Source: Waddliaceae bacterium (GTDB lineage: Bacteria; Chlamydiota; Chlamydiia; Chlamydiales; SLOH01). From it: DNA of 57,199 nt. The stretch spans positions 1 through 57,199 of the forward strand of contig JBBDJA010000031.1 in NCBI GenBank assembly GCA_040880105.1, given 5' to 3'. Both the position numbers and the translations under genes were made by a program. Below are positions 37,371-46,779 of this stretch, piece by piece. Under the pieces are notes generated by a model that did not search any database, had not been told where the DNA came from, and saw only the letters and a list, made by a program, of their open reading frames with translations. Within the stretch, counting starts at the first letter, position 1, and each line of letters opens with the position of its first letter.

Positions 37371-38331
37371 TTTCCATTGCATTCAGTTGTTTTGTTAAAA
37401 TATCTGCATTGGCCTTGATCATTTTTAAATACGTGTCCGCATTAGAGCCGGGCAACCCCATCGCGTCCCCATAAAGAGGTTGGGTAGAGATTTCTAGTTT
37501 CAGTCCCATTTGGCTTGCCGAATCTAGCAGTTTACGAAGGGAGGCCTGTGAGACGTTCGACTCCGGGAAAATGACAAAAATATCAAATTGCAGAATATGT
37601 TGGAGAGTCTCTTGAATATCGCTTGTGCTTAGTTGGCTTTCCGGAGAGAGGCCCTCAGGTGCGACAAATCTTTTTTGCCATCCGTTTGACTGCTCCTCCT
37701 TTGTTGCCAGGTAGGCTCTTGTAAAGTAATTAAATGCATCATGGCTTGTCACAAGAAAACGGTAGGGATCGGGAATCGTTTGCAGTTGCGTGCGTACCTC
37801 TCTGTGCGCTTTTCTCATTGCATTGATGAATAGCTTTCCTCTTTTTTCATACTCAGCCCGATTGTCCGGGTCTGCATTAGAAAGGGCAGTAGTGATAATG
37901 GGTACCGCATACGACCAAAGTGAAATGTCCATCCAAATATGAGGATCTGGCTGTCCATCATAGGTAAGAATTTTTCTTGGAATTTTTTTTTGAATATGGT
38001 CTCCAATCGGGATCGCTCTTGGAGTGTTTGCAAGCGTTTGGAGAAGGCTCGGACCATGTTCCAAACCAAGGCCATTATAAAAAATCAAATCGGCAAATGC
38101 GAGTTTTTCATCATCCCCTTTGACCATTTGATAGGAATGAGGATCAAGACCGGGAGGAATAAGTGTTAAAACATCGACGTGTTCGCCGCCAATCTCTTCG
38201 ACAAGGTCTGAGATCATGCCGATTGTGGATAAAACCTTTATTCGATTGTCTTTACGCATCCATAAACGGGTACGACTTCGGTTTTCACCTGTGCAGCAGG
38301 TGAGAAAAACAAGAATAATAAGCCATCTCAT
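37339..38331 (-). CDS. ytgA: Metal ABC transporter substrate-binding lipoprotein (TroA/YtgA)
   Basis: Lipoprotein-like N-terminus; DPHSY, NGLGLE, DPHIW and TSHDAFNYF motifs. Confidence 0.93.
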   Translation of the reverse strand: MRWLIILVFLTCCTGENRSRTRLWMRKDNRIKVLSTIGMISDLVEEIGGEHVDVLTLIPPGLDPHSYQMVKGDDEKLAFADLIFYNGLGLEHGPSLLQTLANTPRAIPIGDHIQKKIPRKILTYDGQPDPHIWMDISLWSYAVPIITTALSNADPDNRAEYEKRGKLFINAMRKAHREVRTQLQTIPDPYRFLVTSHDAFNYFTRAYLATKEEQSNGWQKRFVAPEGLSPESQLSTSDIQETLQHILQFDIFVIFPESNVSQASLRKLLDSASQMGLKLEISTQPLYGDAMGLPGSNADTYLKMIKANADILTKQLNAMENANGTRTRDF

Positions 38332-39413
38332 AATTTTGCCTCGGCTTTTGACAGTTCATAAAGCGCCTCAATAGAATAGATGCCGGAAGAACAACCTGAG
38401 TTGAACGCAAATTTCAACGCATACCTTCCCACATATGAAGCATCTAAAATACAAACATTCTCAAGGTTGGAAGTGTCATCTATGCACTTTGCGCAAGGGC
38501 AGTGGGATTGAATCACCGCAGCAGGAAGCAAAGATTTTGTCCCATCTTCCCAAAAAAGCTGAAATGTCTCATTTTGATTAATAAAAGAAGAAAGAAGCGA
38601 AGGGTGGCGCTCTTTGACTATATTTAAAAGAGATTCTGCTAATTGATCAAATTCTTGAATTTCAATCGGTTTTCCCAGATCCCCTGATTCAGAAATCCGT
38701 GGATCTAACGGGATTTGAGTAAGCAGCGGAACTTTATATTCTTGAGAAAGTTTTTCCCCTCCACCTCTTCCAAAAGGGTATACTTTGCTCTCTGTAGAGG
38801 AGCAATAAAAACTCATGTTTTCTACGATTCCTAAAATAGGAACGCGCATTTGCGTAAAAAGCTGAATTGCTTTTCTCACATCTTGAAGAGAAATTTCTTG
38901 AGGAGTTGTGACAATGACAGCCCCTGATAGATTTGCATGTTGACCTAGAGTGAGTGGAATATCTCCGGTTCCGGGTGGGAAATCGATCAGAAGATAGTCA
39001 AGGGCAGGCCAATCAATTTGACTCAAAAATTGTTGGATTAGGCGATTTGCGATTGGTGCACGGACAGCAGTAGCCGTATCTTCTGCTCGAAAATACGCCA
39101 TAGATATGATTGGGATTCCGCATGAGAGTGCCGGGGTTAACCGCTCGCCTCGCTTTCCGGGCATTTGTGTTTCGGGGAGCATTTTACGAATCGACGGACC
39201 ATACAGGTCGGCATCAAGGATTCCTACAGAAAATCCTTTATTTTTGAGCGACAAGGCAAGATTGACAGTGACTGCGCTCTTTCCAACCCCACCTTTACCG
39301 GCGGCAATCGCAATGATCTGCTTTGCATGAGGAGCAGGTTCTGTCTTTGCATGAGGAGCAGGTTCTGTCTTTGCATGAGGAGCAGGTTCTGTCTTTGCCA
39401 TTCGTAAAGCCAT
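38328..39413 (-). CDS. mrp: Mrp/ApbC P-loop Fe-S carrier ATPase with C-terminal DUF971-like domain
   Basis: GKGGVGKS, DADLYGPS, DFPPGTGD, VTTPQ and ENMS motifs; C-terminal CPCAKC..VGRYAL..SGIY. Confidence 0.9.
   Translation of the reverse strand: MALRMAKTEPAPHAKTEPAPHAKTEPAPHAKQIIAIAAGKGGVGKSAVTVNLALSLKNKGFSVGILDADLYGPSIRKMLPETQMPGKRGERLTPALSCGIPIISMAYFRAEDTATAVRAPIANRLIQQFLSQIDWPALDYLLIDFPPGTGDIPLTLGQHANLSGAVIVTTPQEISLQDVRKAIQLFTQMRVPILGIVENMSFYCSSTESKVYPFGRGGGEKLSQEYKVPLLTQIPLDPRISESGDLGKPIEIQEFDQLAESLLNIVKERHPSLLSSFINQNETFQLFWEDGTKSLLPAAVIQSHCPCAKCIDDTSNLENVCILDASYVGRYALKFAFNSGCSSGIYSIEALYELSKAEAKL
39321..39398. repeat. In-frame 24-bp perfect tandem repeat (3.25 copies; AKTEPAPH)
   Basis: CTTTGCATGAGGAGCAGGTTCTGT x3 plus CTTTGC. 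Confidence 0.97.
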
Positions 39414-39616
39414 GGTGCATATCCTCTTAATATACTATTAGGGAATCTATCATACACGATAGTAGTATTTTTTTGGTCTCAAAAAAGGAAAAATTTATAA
39501 CGGATCGATTCGATTGCGCTTTGACTTAACATTCAGCAAGAATAGGTGTCTAGAAATTGATTATTGCACCTCAATAACGATTGTTCTTCTACAAACTGAA
39601 ATGCAAAAAACTCTGC

Positions 39617-39642
39617 AATAATCTGCGTTTTCAGGAGATTCT
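39617..39642. repeat. Remnant terminus of the palindromic element
   Basis: AATAATCTGCGTTTTCAGGAGATTCT versus the copy F end AATAAGCTGCGTTAATCAGGGGTTCC. Confidence 0.45.
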
Positions 39643-39785
39643 AAAAAAGAATTCGAAAAAATCAAAAAAAATTGATGATTAATTTTCTGTTATTTGGTAA
39701 AACTAAAACACTAAATCACTAAACGGTTTTTTGCACTTCTGATTATCCTCTATAAAATAGTTAATCAGAAGTCTACATATTAAGA

Positions 39786-40340
39786 ATGAACAAAAAGGCA
39801 GGTCAAATTATGAATCAAGAGCAGAAACGGTATAATGTCACAGAAAAAGAGTTGCAAGAACTTATTAATGCAGCGGTAACAAAAATTAAAGGCGATAAAG
39901 AGAATGATATTTGCCAGTATATACCGGCTGAACAAGATGGATATATTCATCATTTTACAATGAGAAAAATGAAAACAGAGAATCCAACTCTTCTTGCTTC
40001 ATGGGTGAATAAGTATATTGTTGATGTTGCTAATCCAAAAAAAGTAGCACCTAAGCCAAGAGCCCCGCGCGGTTCAAGAACAAAACGCGGACAATTTTTA
40101 TTTACAAAGATGGATATTGAGCGTCTACGTAAAATGGTTAGAGCGTCAGGGGAAAAAGACCTTTTACGTAAATTAACTCCAAAAAGAGATCTACGTGCAA
40201 TAAAAAGAGAATTGATTGCATCTATCCGCCACGGGGAAGTAGATGAGGAGCTATGGCATTCATATGTTGAGACTATCGCAACTCAACAAGAACAGCGTTT
40301 AAACGCTTTCGAAGCAGAAAATCTCGCTAAAGGCGCATAA
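39786..40340 (+). CDS. Chlamydia-conserved hypothetical protein (CT066-like)
   Basis: KENDICQYIP..GYIHHFT..KMK and KPRAPRGSR segments; lies between the ytgA operon and npt1 as in Chlamydia. Alternative start 39810. Confidence 0.75.
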   Translation: MNKKAGQIMNQEQKRYNVTEKELQELINAAVTKIKGDKENDICQYIPAEQDGYIHHFTMRKMKTENPTLLASWVNKYIVDVANPKKVAPKPRAPRGSRTKRGQFLFTKMDIERLRKMVRASGEKDLLRKLTPKRDLRAIKRELIASIRHGEVDEELWHSYVETIATQQEQRLNAFEAENLAKGA

Positions 40341-40350
40341 TTTTCACATA

Positions 40351-40379
40351 ACCCGCCTTTTGGGGCGGGTATCTTTTTC
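40351..40379 (+). terminator. Intrinsic terminator
   Basis: ACCCGCC-TTTTGG-GGCGGGT followed by ATCTTTTTC. Confidence 0.75.
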
Positions 40380-40408
40380 TTGATTTTTTATTACCAATTG
40401 GTTAAAAT
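40380..40408 (+). promoter_or_regulatory. Sigma66-type promoter of npt1
   Basis: TTGATT-N17-TAAAAT; AAGGAG RBS downstream. Confidence 0.6.
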
Positions 40409-40452
40409 CCTTCTTTGTAATTAGTTGATTTAAATTTAAGAAGGAGTGCCTA

Positions 40453-41988
40453 ATGTCACAACAATCAACAGCTGAATTTGGAAGGTTGCGGGCCTTTTTT
40501 TGGCCTGTTCATACGTGGGAGCTTAAAAAAATACTCCCGATGTTTTTAATGTTCTTTTTCATCTCATTTAACTATACGATTTTAAGAGATACAAAAGACA
40601 CATTGATTGTCACCTCGTCCGGTGCGGATGCGATCCCGTTTTTGAAGTTATACGGAACAGTCCCTTCCGCTATTATTTTTATGCTTGTATACGCGAAATT
40701 GAGCAATATGCTTTCTAAAGAAAGGTTGTTCTACGCAGCAATTATACCTTTCCTGGTTTTCTTTGCTTTATTTCCTGTTTTTATTTACCCAAACCGTAGT
40801 CTTTTATGCCCAACGACGTCTGCTGATTGGTTGCAGTCAATCCTACCTTTAGGAATGAAAGGGTTAGTTGGATGTTATAGAAACTGGGATTATTCTCTTT
40901 TTTACATTCTTTCGGAACTTTGGGGAAGTGCGATTCTTTCTCTAGGCTTTTGGGGATTTGCAAATGACATTATGAGAATTAATGAAGCTAAGCGTGTATA
41001 TACACTTCTTGGAGTAGGCGCTAACGTTGCTCTTTTAGTTTCAGGTCCAATGATTACATACTTCTCACAAATTCGCGGAAATATGCCGGTCGGTGCCGAT
41101 CCTTGGCAGATCTCGCTTAATTATTTGATGGGTTCTGTGGTTGTTGCCGGTGCAATGATTGTAGGTATCTACTGGTGGATGAACCGTAATGTTCTCACAG
41201 ATCCGAAGTTTTATGACCCACAAGATGTGAAACAGAAGAAAGATAAGCCTAAGATGTCAATTGTCGATAGCTTTAAGTTTTTACTAAAATCTAGGTATAT
41301 TTTCCTAATCGCATTACTTGTAATGTCTTATGGAATTTGCATTAACCTAGTTGAAGTGACATGGAAAGGGCAGCTTAAATTACAGTACCCTAACCCTAAT
41401 GACTATAGCGCCTTCATGGGTGGACTTTCCTTTGCTACAGGTGCGACAACAATCTGCTTAATGTTTATTGGTGGATGGTTAATGCGTACTTTTGGCTGGA
41501 GATTCGCTGCAATGGCAACTCCTGTCATGTTGTTATTAACAGCTACAGGTTTCTTTGCTTTTGTGATTTTTAGCGATTCACTTCACTATTATGTTGCAGC
41601 CCTTGGAACAACACCGCTTTTCTTAGCTGTCATTATTGGTATGATTCAAAACGTACTCAGTAAGTCGACAAAATACTCTCTCTTTGATCCGACAAAAGAG
41701 ATGGCGTATATTCCTTTAGATCAAGAATCTAAAGTGAAAGGAAAGGCTGCAATTGACGTAGTAGGAGCAAGACTTGGTAAATCAGGTGGTTCTGCTATTC
41801 AACAAGTACTCTTAGTTGCCGTTGGCTCTCTCGGAGCAATTACTCCATACGTTGCAGTCTCTGTAATTGTAGTAATGGTTGCTTGGATGCTTGGAGTTCG
41901 CAGCTTAAGCCGCTTGTTTGCTGAACTTACAGGTCAAAAAGAAGAAGTATCTCCCGCTACTGAATCAGCGGCGCAGGCAGCGACTTAA
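40453..41988 (+). CDS. npt1: ATP/ADP translocase (Npt1/NTT1)
   Basis: FNYTILRDTKDTLIVT, SELWGS, FWGFAN, INLVEVTWK and KYSLFDPTKEMAYIPLDQESKVKGKAAIDVVGARLGKSGG motifs. Confidence 0.95.
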   Translation: MSQQSTAEFGRLRAFFWPVHTWELKKILPMFLMFFFISFNYTILRDTKDTLIVTSSGADAIPFLKLYGTVPSAIIFMLVYAKLSNMLSKERLFYAAIIPFLVFFALFPVFIYPNRSLLCPTTSADWLQSILPLGMKGLVGCYRNWDYSLFYILSELWGSAILSLGFWGFANDIMRINEAKRVYTLLGVGANVALLVSGPMITYFSQIRGNMPVGADPWQISLNYLMGSVVVAGAMIVGIYWWMNRNVLTDPKFYDPQDVKQKKDKPKMSIVDSFKFLLKSRYIFLIALLVMSYGICINLVEVTWKGQLKLQYPNPNDYSAFMGGLSFATGATTICLMFIGGWLMRTFGWRFAAMATPVMLLLTATGFFAFVIFSDSLHYYVAALGTTPLFLAVIIGMIQNVLSKSTKYSLFDPTKEMAYIPLDQESKVKGKAAIDVVGARLGKSGGSAIQQVLLVAVGSLGAITPYVAVSVIVVMVAWMLGVRSLSRLFAELTGQKEEVSPATESAAQAAT

Positions 41989-42011
41989 TTTTCGCTGACA
42001 CTTTTTCCAAT

Positions 42012-42045
42012 AAAGCAGTTCCCATATGGGAACTGCTTTTTTTTT
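42012..42045 (+). terminator. Intrinsic terminator of npt1
   Basis: AAAGCAGTTCCC-ATAT-GGGAACTGCTTT plus T run. Confidence 0.9.
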
Positions 42046-42195
42046 GCCCATCGATAAGAAACTATCGAAAATTAAATAATGGGATAGTTGACCTTTTCAG
42101 AGGTTCCATAACCCCTACCTTTTCTCTTTTCACATTTAAACATATCTGATACTCTTCAAGGTCTTACTAACTAAAAATGAAGGAATAGATTCATT

Positions 42196-45100
42196 ATGGA
42201 AAAGCAAAAGCGTTGGCAATTTTGGGTAATCATTGCTGTCATTTCACTCACTTTGATCAATATTCTTCCTACTGTTTTTTATTACAGTAGACCTTTAAAA
42301 TCTCCAATTTTAGAACAAGATGCGAAGGAGATTGGAACTGAAATTGTCAATCGTGTAAACCAGCAAGAAAATGATTCGAGAGACTGGATTTTTTCATTCA
42401 CCAAACATTTAGGCATACAACCGAAGAAGATCGAATTCGATCAAAAAAATCCGGGACAATATGTTGTAGAGTTTAATAACGAACAAGACGCTTTAGTCTT
42501 TCAGCGTTTCTTGCCAAGGGCTGGGAACTTAATTTCTTTTGTTCCGGCTCAGCTGGATCTTGAAGGGGTTGTTGAAGACGAGCCAACAAAAGTGATTGTC
42601 GCAAGACAGCTGACCATTCATCCAACAAGCGAAGATACACAGCATTTATTTCACTATGTTCCGAAACTTGGTGATCAAAATGAAATTTCAAATGATTATT
42701 TGGATCTGATAGGGGAACGTTCCGTACAAATCATTCAATTTCTAGGGAGTGGAAGTTCTCTTGGTGAGACTGTCGAAAAATTTATCTCGGGACCCAACAC
42801 AGAAAAAGGGGATGACCAGGCAGGAGTGATTGCTCGTGAAATTGTGGAGTGGGCAACGCTTTTTGATGGTGAACATCCAGCAACCAAAAGGTTTTTAGCA
42901 CAATTGACGATCGGTCAAAAAGTATCGCCAGAACGTCTATCCGGTGAACTTGTAAATCGACTTCAAGCAGCGCTAGATCGCATAGATTCTAAGATTCAGA
43001 AACCCAGTGCATCTGATGAGTTGACTACTCTTGAAAACAAACAGCGTAGCATTAAGAATGCAATTGCCGTTCTTAAAGCGCGTGAATCGTTATTCAATCA
43101 AAATCTTTCAGTATTAACAAGAAGTGAAGCGCTCAACCGTTTTGAAAAAACTGCAGATCAGATCGATCTAAAAGATCCGATACAATACATCTCTCTTGAT
43201 GGCACGCACCCTCTCTTCCAGCAAGTTGTGATCGATTGGGGTGCAGAAAAAATACGTCTCCAATTGTATGAAGATATTGCAAGCATATTAAATGAGCCTG
43301 CAACCTCCGAAACAAAAGGGTACAGAAAAGAGCGCCTTCGCCAATTCGTTCTTAATGAGGTCGCAAGGCTTTCTCGTGAAACAGAAGAGAGTGCAACACC
43401 TGTAGCTCAAGAATTTGCTATTGATTTTCATCAAAAATCAAATCCTCAAAGCTTCCTTCTTCTTGATTTAGGAGTGCTTGCTCAAAAGCAGCTGGATCAA
43501 CTTAATTATCAGTTGAATACCCAGTGGCAGCCACAGCATCCGGACTTACAAAAAGCCAACTATCCAATCCTTACAAAGGAGCAGTTTGATCAGCTACCTG
43601 CCTCTCAAAAGAAGCTAGGATTTGTTCTATATGCTCCGAATATAGATGAGGATGCAACACCAAGTGGATTTAGAAACGACTCTATCTATATAATTGCAAG
43701 AGGGTTAGATTCAATTCTGCAGAAATATCAAGATAATGCAGCATCTGAAGATGCTCAAATTTTACAAAAAGATCTTAATAAGTTAACTCAGCTTTTAGCA
43801 AAGCAAGGGTATATCGCATACCCAGGAAATGCGTTTGGAATTGACCAGGCATTTGACGATGATTATCTTTTTGAAAAAAGCGACTATTCATCTACTTTTA
43901 TTAAAGCGACAAGAGAAAATTTTCACAAGTATGGCAAGACCCGTTATGCCGTCCTTGAGCTTACCGACAAGGAACAGCGCCTGTTAGCAAGAAATCAAAT
44001 CCTTGATTCTGCTCAAGAAAATCTTGTCAAATGGTCTGATGAATATGAAGCTGCCCAGGCAGATATTAATGTGATTCGTCACTATGAAGTGCCTCCTCCA
44101 ACTAAAAATGTGTATTTGGAAAATTTACGCATTTCCTTATTTAAATTTTTCCAAGGGGATGATCGTAAAATTTTGAAGTGGGGTCTAGACCTTTCTGGCG
44201 GTAAGACTGTTCGTATCGGGCTTAGAGATCAAAACGGACGAAAAGTAACAGATACTGAAAGTCTGAACCAAGCTGTCAATGAACTCTATACCCGTATTAA
44301 TAAGATGGGTGTCTCAGAGCGCACCATCCGTATAGAAAATGAGAATATTATTCTTGATTTTCCGGGTTCACAAGCCTTTTCAGCAGAAGAGTTGATTAAA
44401 TCATCTGCAATGTATTTTCATATTGTGAATGAAAAATTCACACCTACTAATTCTGAAATTGGCAGCGCTGTAAATCAGTTCCTTCAAGATGTTTGGAATG
44501 AAGCTGTTGTAACCAACCGAAAGGATGCAAAAAGCATAAATGAGATTGCTTGGCGTCAATTGGGAGGTGAAGAATTCGGTATTACAGGACGTCCTGCAAG
44601 TGAGCACGCGAAGGTTCTTGTTGATAACGGATTGCACCTTGCATCACCTAAGTCTGAAGAGACCTCTAGCGCATTAAATGATTCTGTTTCAAAGATTGCA
44701 ATTTTACGCGGTAATGAGCTCTCCCAATGGTATGGACAGACGCATCCATTGCTTTTTGTTTTCAATAATTTTGCTTTAGAGGGGTCAAACTTAACCGATG
44801 TTCGAGTCGGCTATGATCCGTCCGAAGGGAATATTCTATCCTTTCAAATTAAAGGTTCTTACAGCGGAAAAAGAGAAGGTAGCCCAAGTGATAATTTTCA
44901 CAGTTGGACCTCACAGTTTTCAGAAGATCAGATACTTGGCACTCCCAAGGAAGAGTATTCAAGTGGCCGAGGATGGAGAATGGCAGTGGTTCTTAATGAC
45001 TCTGTCGTGACGATGCCGCTTTTAAGGGCAGCTCTGCGAGATAGCGGTACGATCAGCGGGCGCTTTTCTCAACGAGAAATCACCGAGCTTGCTGCTGATT

Positions 45101-46728
45101 TGAAAGCCGGATCTCTAAGCTTTACTCCTGAAATTCTATCAGAGGAAAACGTGAGTCCGGAACTTGGTAAAAGTGAACGTAATCAAGGAATTATGGCAAC
45201 TGTGATCGGACTTGTCCTTGTGGCAGCTGCTATGATCGGTTACTATCGATTTGCCGGCGTTGTTGCCACCTGCGCTGTTTTTTTGAACATACTCATTATT
45301 TGGGCGGTTCTTCAAAGCATGGGAGCGGCACTGACTTTAGCTGGACTTGCCGGAATTATCTTAACAATCGGAATGGCTGTCGATGCGAATGTACTTGTTT
45401 TTGAGCGTATTCGCGAAGAGTTCCGTGTTTCCGGAAGAATTGCATCAGCGATTCATGCAGGTTATAGTAAAGCATTCTCTGCGATTGTTGACTCTAATAT
45501 CACAACAATTATCGCCGCATTTATTTTAACCCAGTTCGATTCAGGTCCGATTAAAGGATTTGCCGTGACATTGATTATCGGGATTGTATCCTCAATGTTT
45601 ACAGCCCTTTTTATGACTCGATACTATTTTGCCGGGTGGGTGCAAAATCCAAAACATACCGAGCTTAAAATGTCTAATTGGATTCACGACACTCAAATCG
45701 ACTTTTTGCGCTATGCAAAACCTGTGATTATCGGATCTCTTTCTGTTATTGTGATCGGAGGATTCTTATTCTTTACTCAGCGGCATACGATTTTAGGTAT
45801 GGACTTCACCGGTGGCTACGCTCTTTATGCCCAGGTTGAAGAGCAAGAAGGAATAGACTCCTATCGAAAAGCAGTAGAGACAGCTTTAATTCAAGCAGGG
45901 GCTGCAAGTACAGATGTTGAAATTCGCGCCTTAAGCAAGCCTAATCACTTGCGGATCCAACTTGGAATGGGTATGGAAGAGAGTGGTCGTCCATACCATC
46001 AACTTCCGTTAGTTTCTCATGATGAGGATGTCAGGTACGAGTATCAAAAAGATCCTCGAATCGATTGGGTTGTTGAGGCTTTGCAGACAGCAGGTCTTCC
46101 AATTCAAGAATCGGATCTCACTGAATTGGACTCTAACTGGACAATGATGAGCGGGCAGTTTTCAGACGCCATGCGTACAAATGCAATATATGCACTTTCA
46201 CTTGCTCTGCTTAGCATTTTAATCTACATCACAATTCGTTTTGAGTTTAAATATGCAATTGCAGCGGTGATAGCACTAGCACACACAGTTGCTGTTACTC
46301 TTGCGATCTTAGCGATTTTTCATCAGATGGAACTACCGGTTCAAATTGATCTTGTCGTTGTAGGTGCGATCATGACCATTATCGGATACTCTTTAAACGA
46401 TACGATCATTATCTTTGATAGAATTCGAGAAGATGCACACCTGATGTACAAGAGAAAGTTAACGGAAGTCATTAACCATGCGCTTAATGTTACGCTGAGT
46501 CGAACATTAATGACATCCGGAACGACTTTACTTGTTCTGCTCTCACTTGTCTTCTTTGGAGGATCTTCCATTTTGGACTTCTCGCTTGTGATGACAATTG
46601 GTGTGATTGTAGGAACGTACTCCTCGATTTTCTTAGCCGCGCCATTGATGCTTTATTTCAATAACTTGTTAGATGAAAATAAAGATCAATCATCAACACT
46701 TGGTCATACTAGGAATAAAGAAGCTTAG
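42196..46728 (+). CDS. secDF: Protein translocase SecD/SecF fusion (chlamydial long form)
   Basis: WGLDLSGG, IGMAVDANVLVFERIREE, DSNITT, GMDFTGG and GYSLNDTIIIFDRIRE motifs. Confidence 0.96.
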   Translation: MEKQKRWQFWVIIAVISLTLINILPTVFYYSRPLKSPILEQDAKEIGTEIVNRVNQQENDSRDWIFSFTKHLGIQPKKIEFDQKNPGQYVVEFNNEQDALVFQRFLPRAGNLISFVPAQLDLEGVVEDEPTKVIVARQLTIHPTSEDTQHLFHYVPKLGDQNEISNDYLDLIGERSVQIIQFLGSGSSLGETVEKFISGPNTEKGDDQAGVIAREIVEWATLFDGEHPATKRFLAQLTIGQKVSPERLSGELVNRLQAALDRIDSKIQKPSASDELTTLENKQRSIKNAIAVLKARESLFNQNLSVLTRSEALNRFEKTADQIDLKDPIQYISLDGTHPLFQQVVIDWGAEKIRLQLYEDIASILNEPATSETKGYRKERLRQFVLNEVARLSRETEESATPVAQEFAIDFHQKSNPQSFLLLDLGVLAQKQLDQLNYQLNTQWQPQHPDLQKANYPILTKEQFDQLPASQKKLGFVLYAPNIDEDATPSGFRNDSIYIIARGLDSILQKYQDNAASEDAQILQKDLNKLTQLLAKQGYIAYPGNAFGIDQAFDDDYLFEKSDYSSTFIKATRENFHKYGKTRYAVLELTDKEQRLLARNQILDSAQENLVKWSDEYEAAQADINVIRHYEVPPPTKNVYLENLRISLFKFFQGDDRKILKWGLDLSGGKTVRIGLRDQNGRKVTDTESLNQAVNELYTRINKMGVSERTIRIENENIILDFPGSQAFSAEELIKSSAMYFHIVNEKFTPTNSEIGSAVNQFLQDVWNEAVVTNRKDAKSINEIAWRQLGGEEFGITGRPASEHAKVLVDNGLHLASPKSEETSSALNDSVSKIAILRGNELSQWYGQTHPLLFVFNNFALEGSNLTDVRVGYDPSEGNILSFQIKGSYSGKREGSPSDNFHSWTSQFSEDQILGTPKEEYSSGRGWRMAVVLNDSVVTMPLLRAALRDSGTISGRFSQREITELAADLKAGSLSFTPEILSEENVSPELGKSERNQGIMATVIGLVLVAAAMIGYYRFAGVVATCAVFLNILIIWAVLQSMGAALTLAGLAGIILTIGMAVDANVLVFERIREEFRVSGRIASAIHAGYSKAFSAIVDSNITTIIAAFILTQFDSGPIKGFAVTLIIGIVSSMFTALFMTRYYFAGWVQNPKHTELKMSNWIHDTQIDFLRYAKPVIIGSLSVIVIGGFLFFTQRHTILGMDFTGGYALYAQVEEQEGIDSYRKAVETALIQAGAASTDVEIRALSKPNHLRIQLGMGMEESGRPYHQLPLVSHDEDVRYEYQKDPRIDWVVEALQTAGLPIQESDLTELDSNWTMMSGQFSDAMRTNAIYALSLALLSILIYITIRFEFKYAIAAVIALAHTVAVTLAILAIFHQMELPVQIDLVVVGAIMTIIGYSLNDTIIIFDRIREDAHLMYKRKLTEVINHALNVTLSRTLMTSGTTLLVLLSLVFFGGSSILDFSLVMTIGVIVGTYSSIFLAAPLMLYFNNLLDENKDQSSTLGHTRNKEA

Positions 46729-46743
46729 AAAAGAGCTGTCTGG

Positions 46744-46779
46744 GTGGTGCTTAAGAGATGTTAAGCACCACTTTTTTTT
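46744..46779 (+). terminator. Intrinsic terminator after secDF
   Basis: GTGGTGCTTAA-GAGATG-TTAAGCACCAC plus T8. Confidence 0.85.

Noticed and set aside
42196..46728. Unusually long SecDF (1510 aa)
   Set aside because: A long SecDF fusion is typical of chlamydiae.
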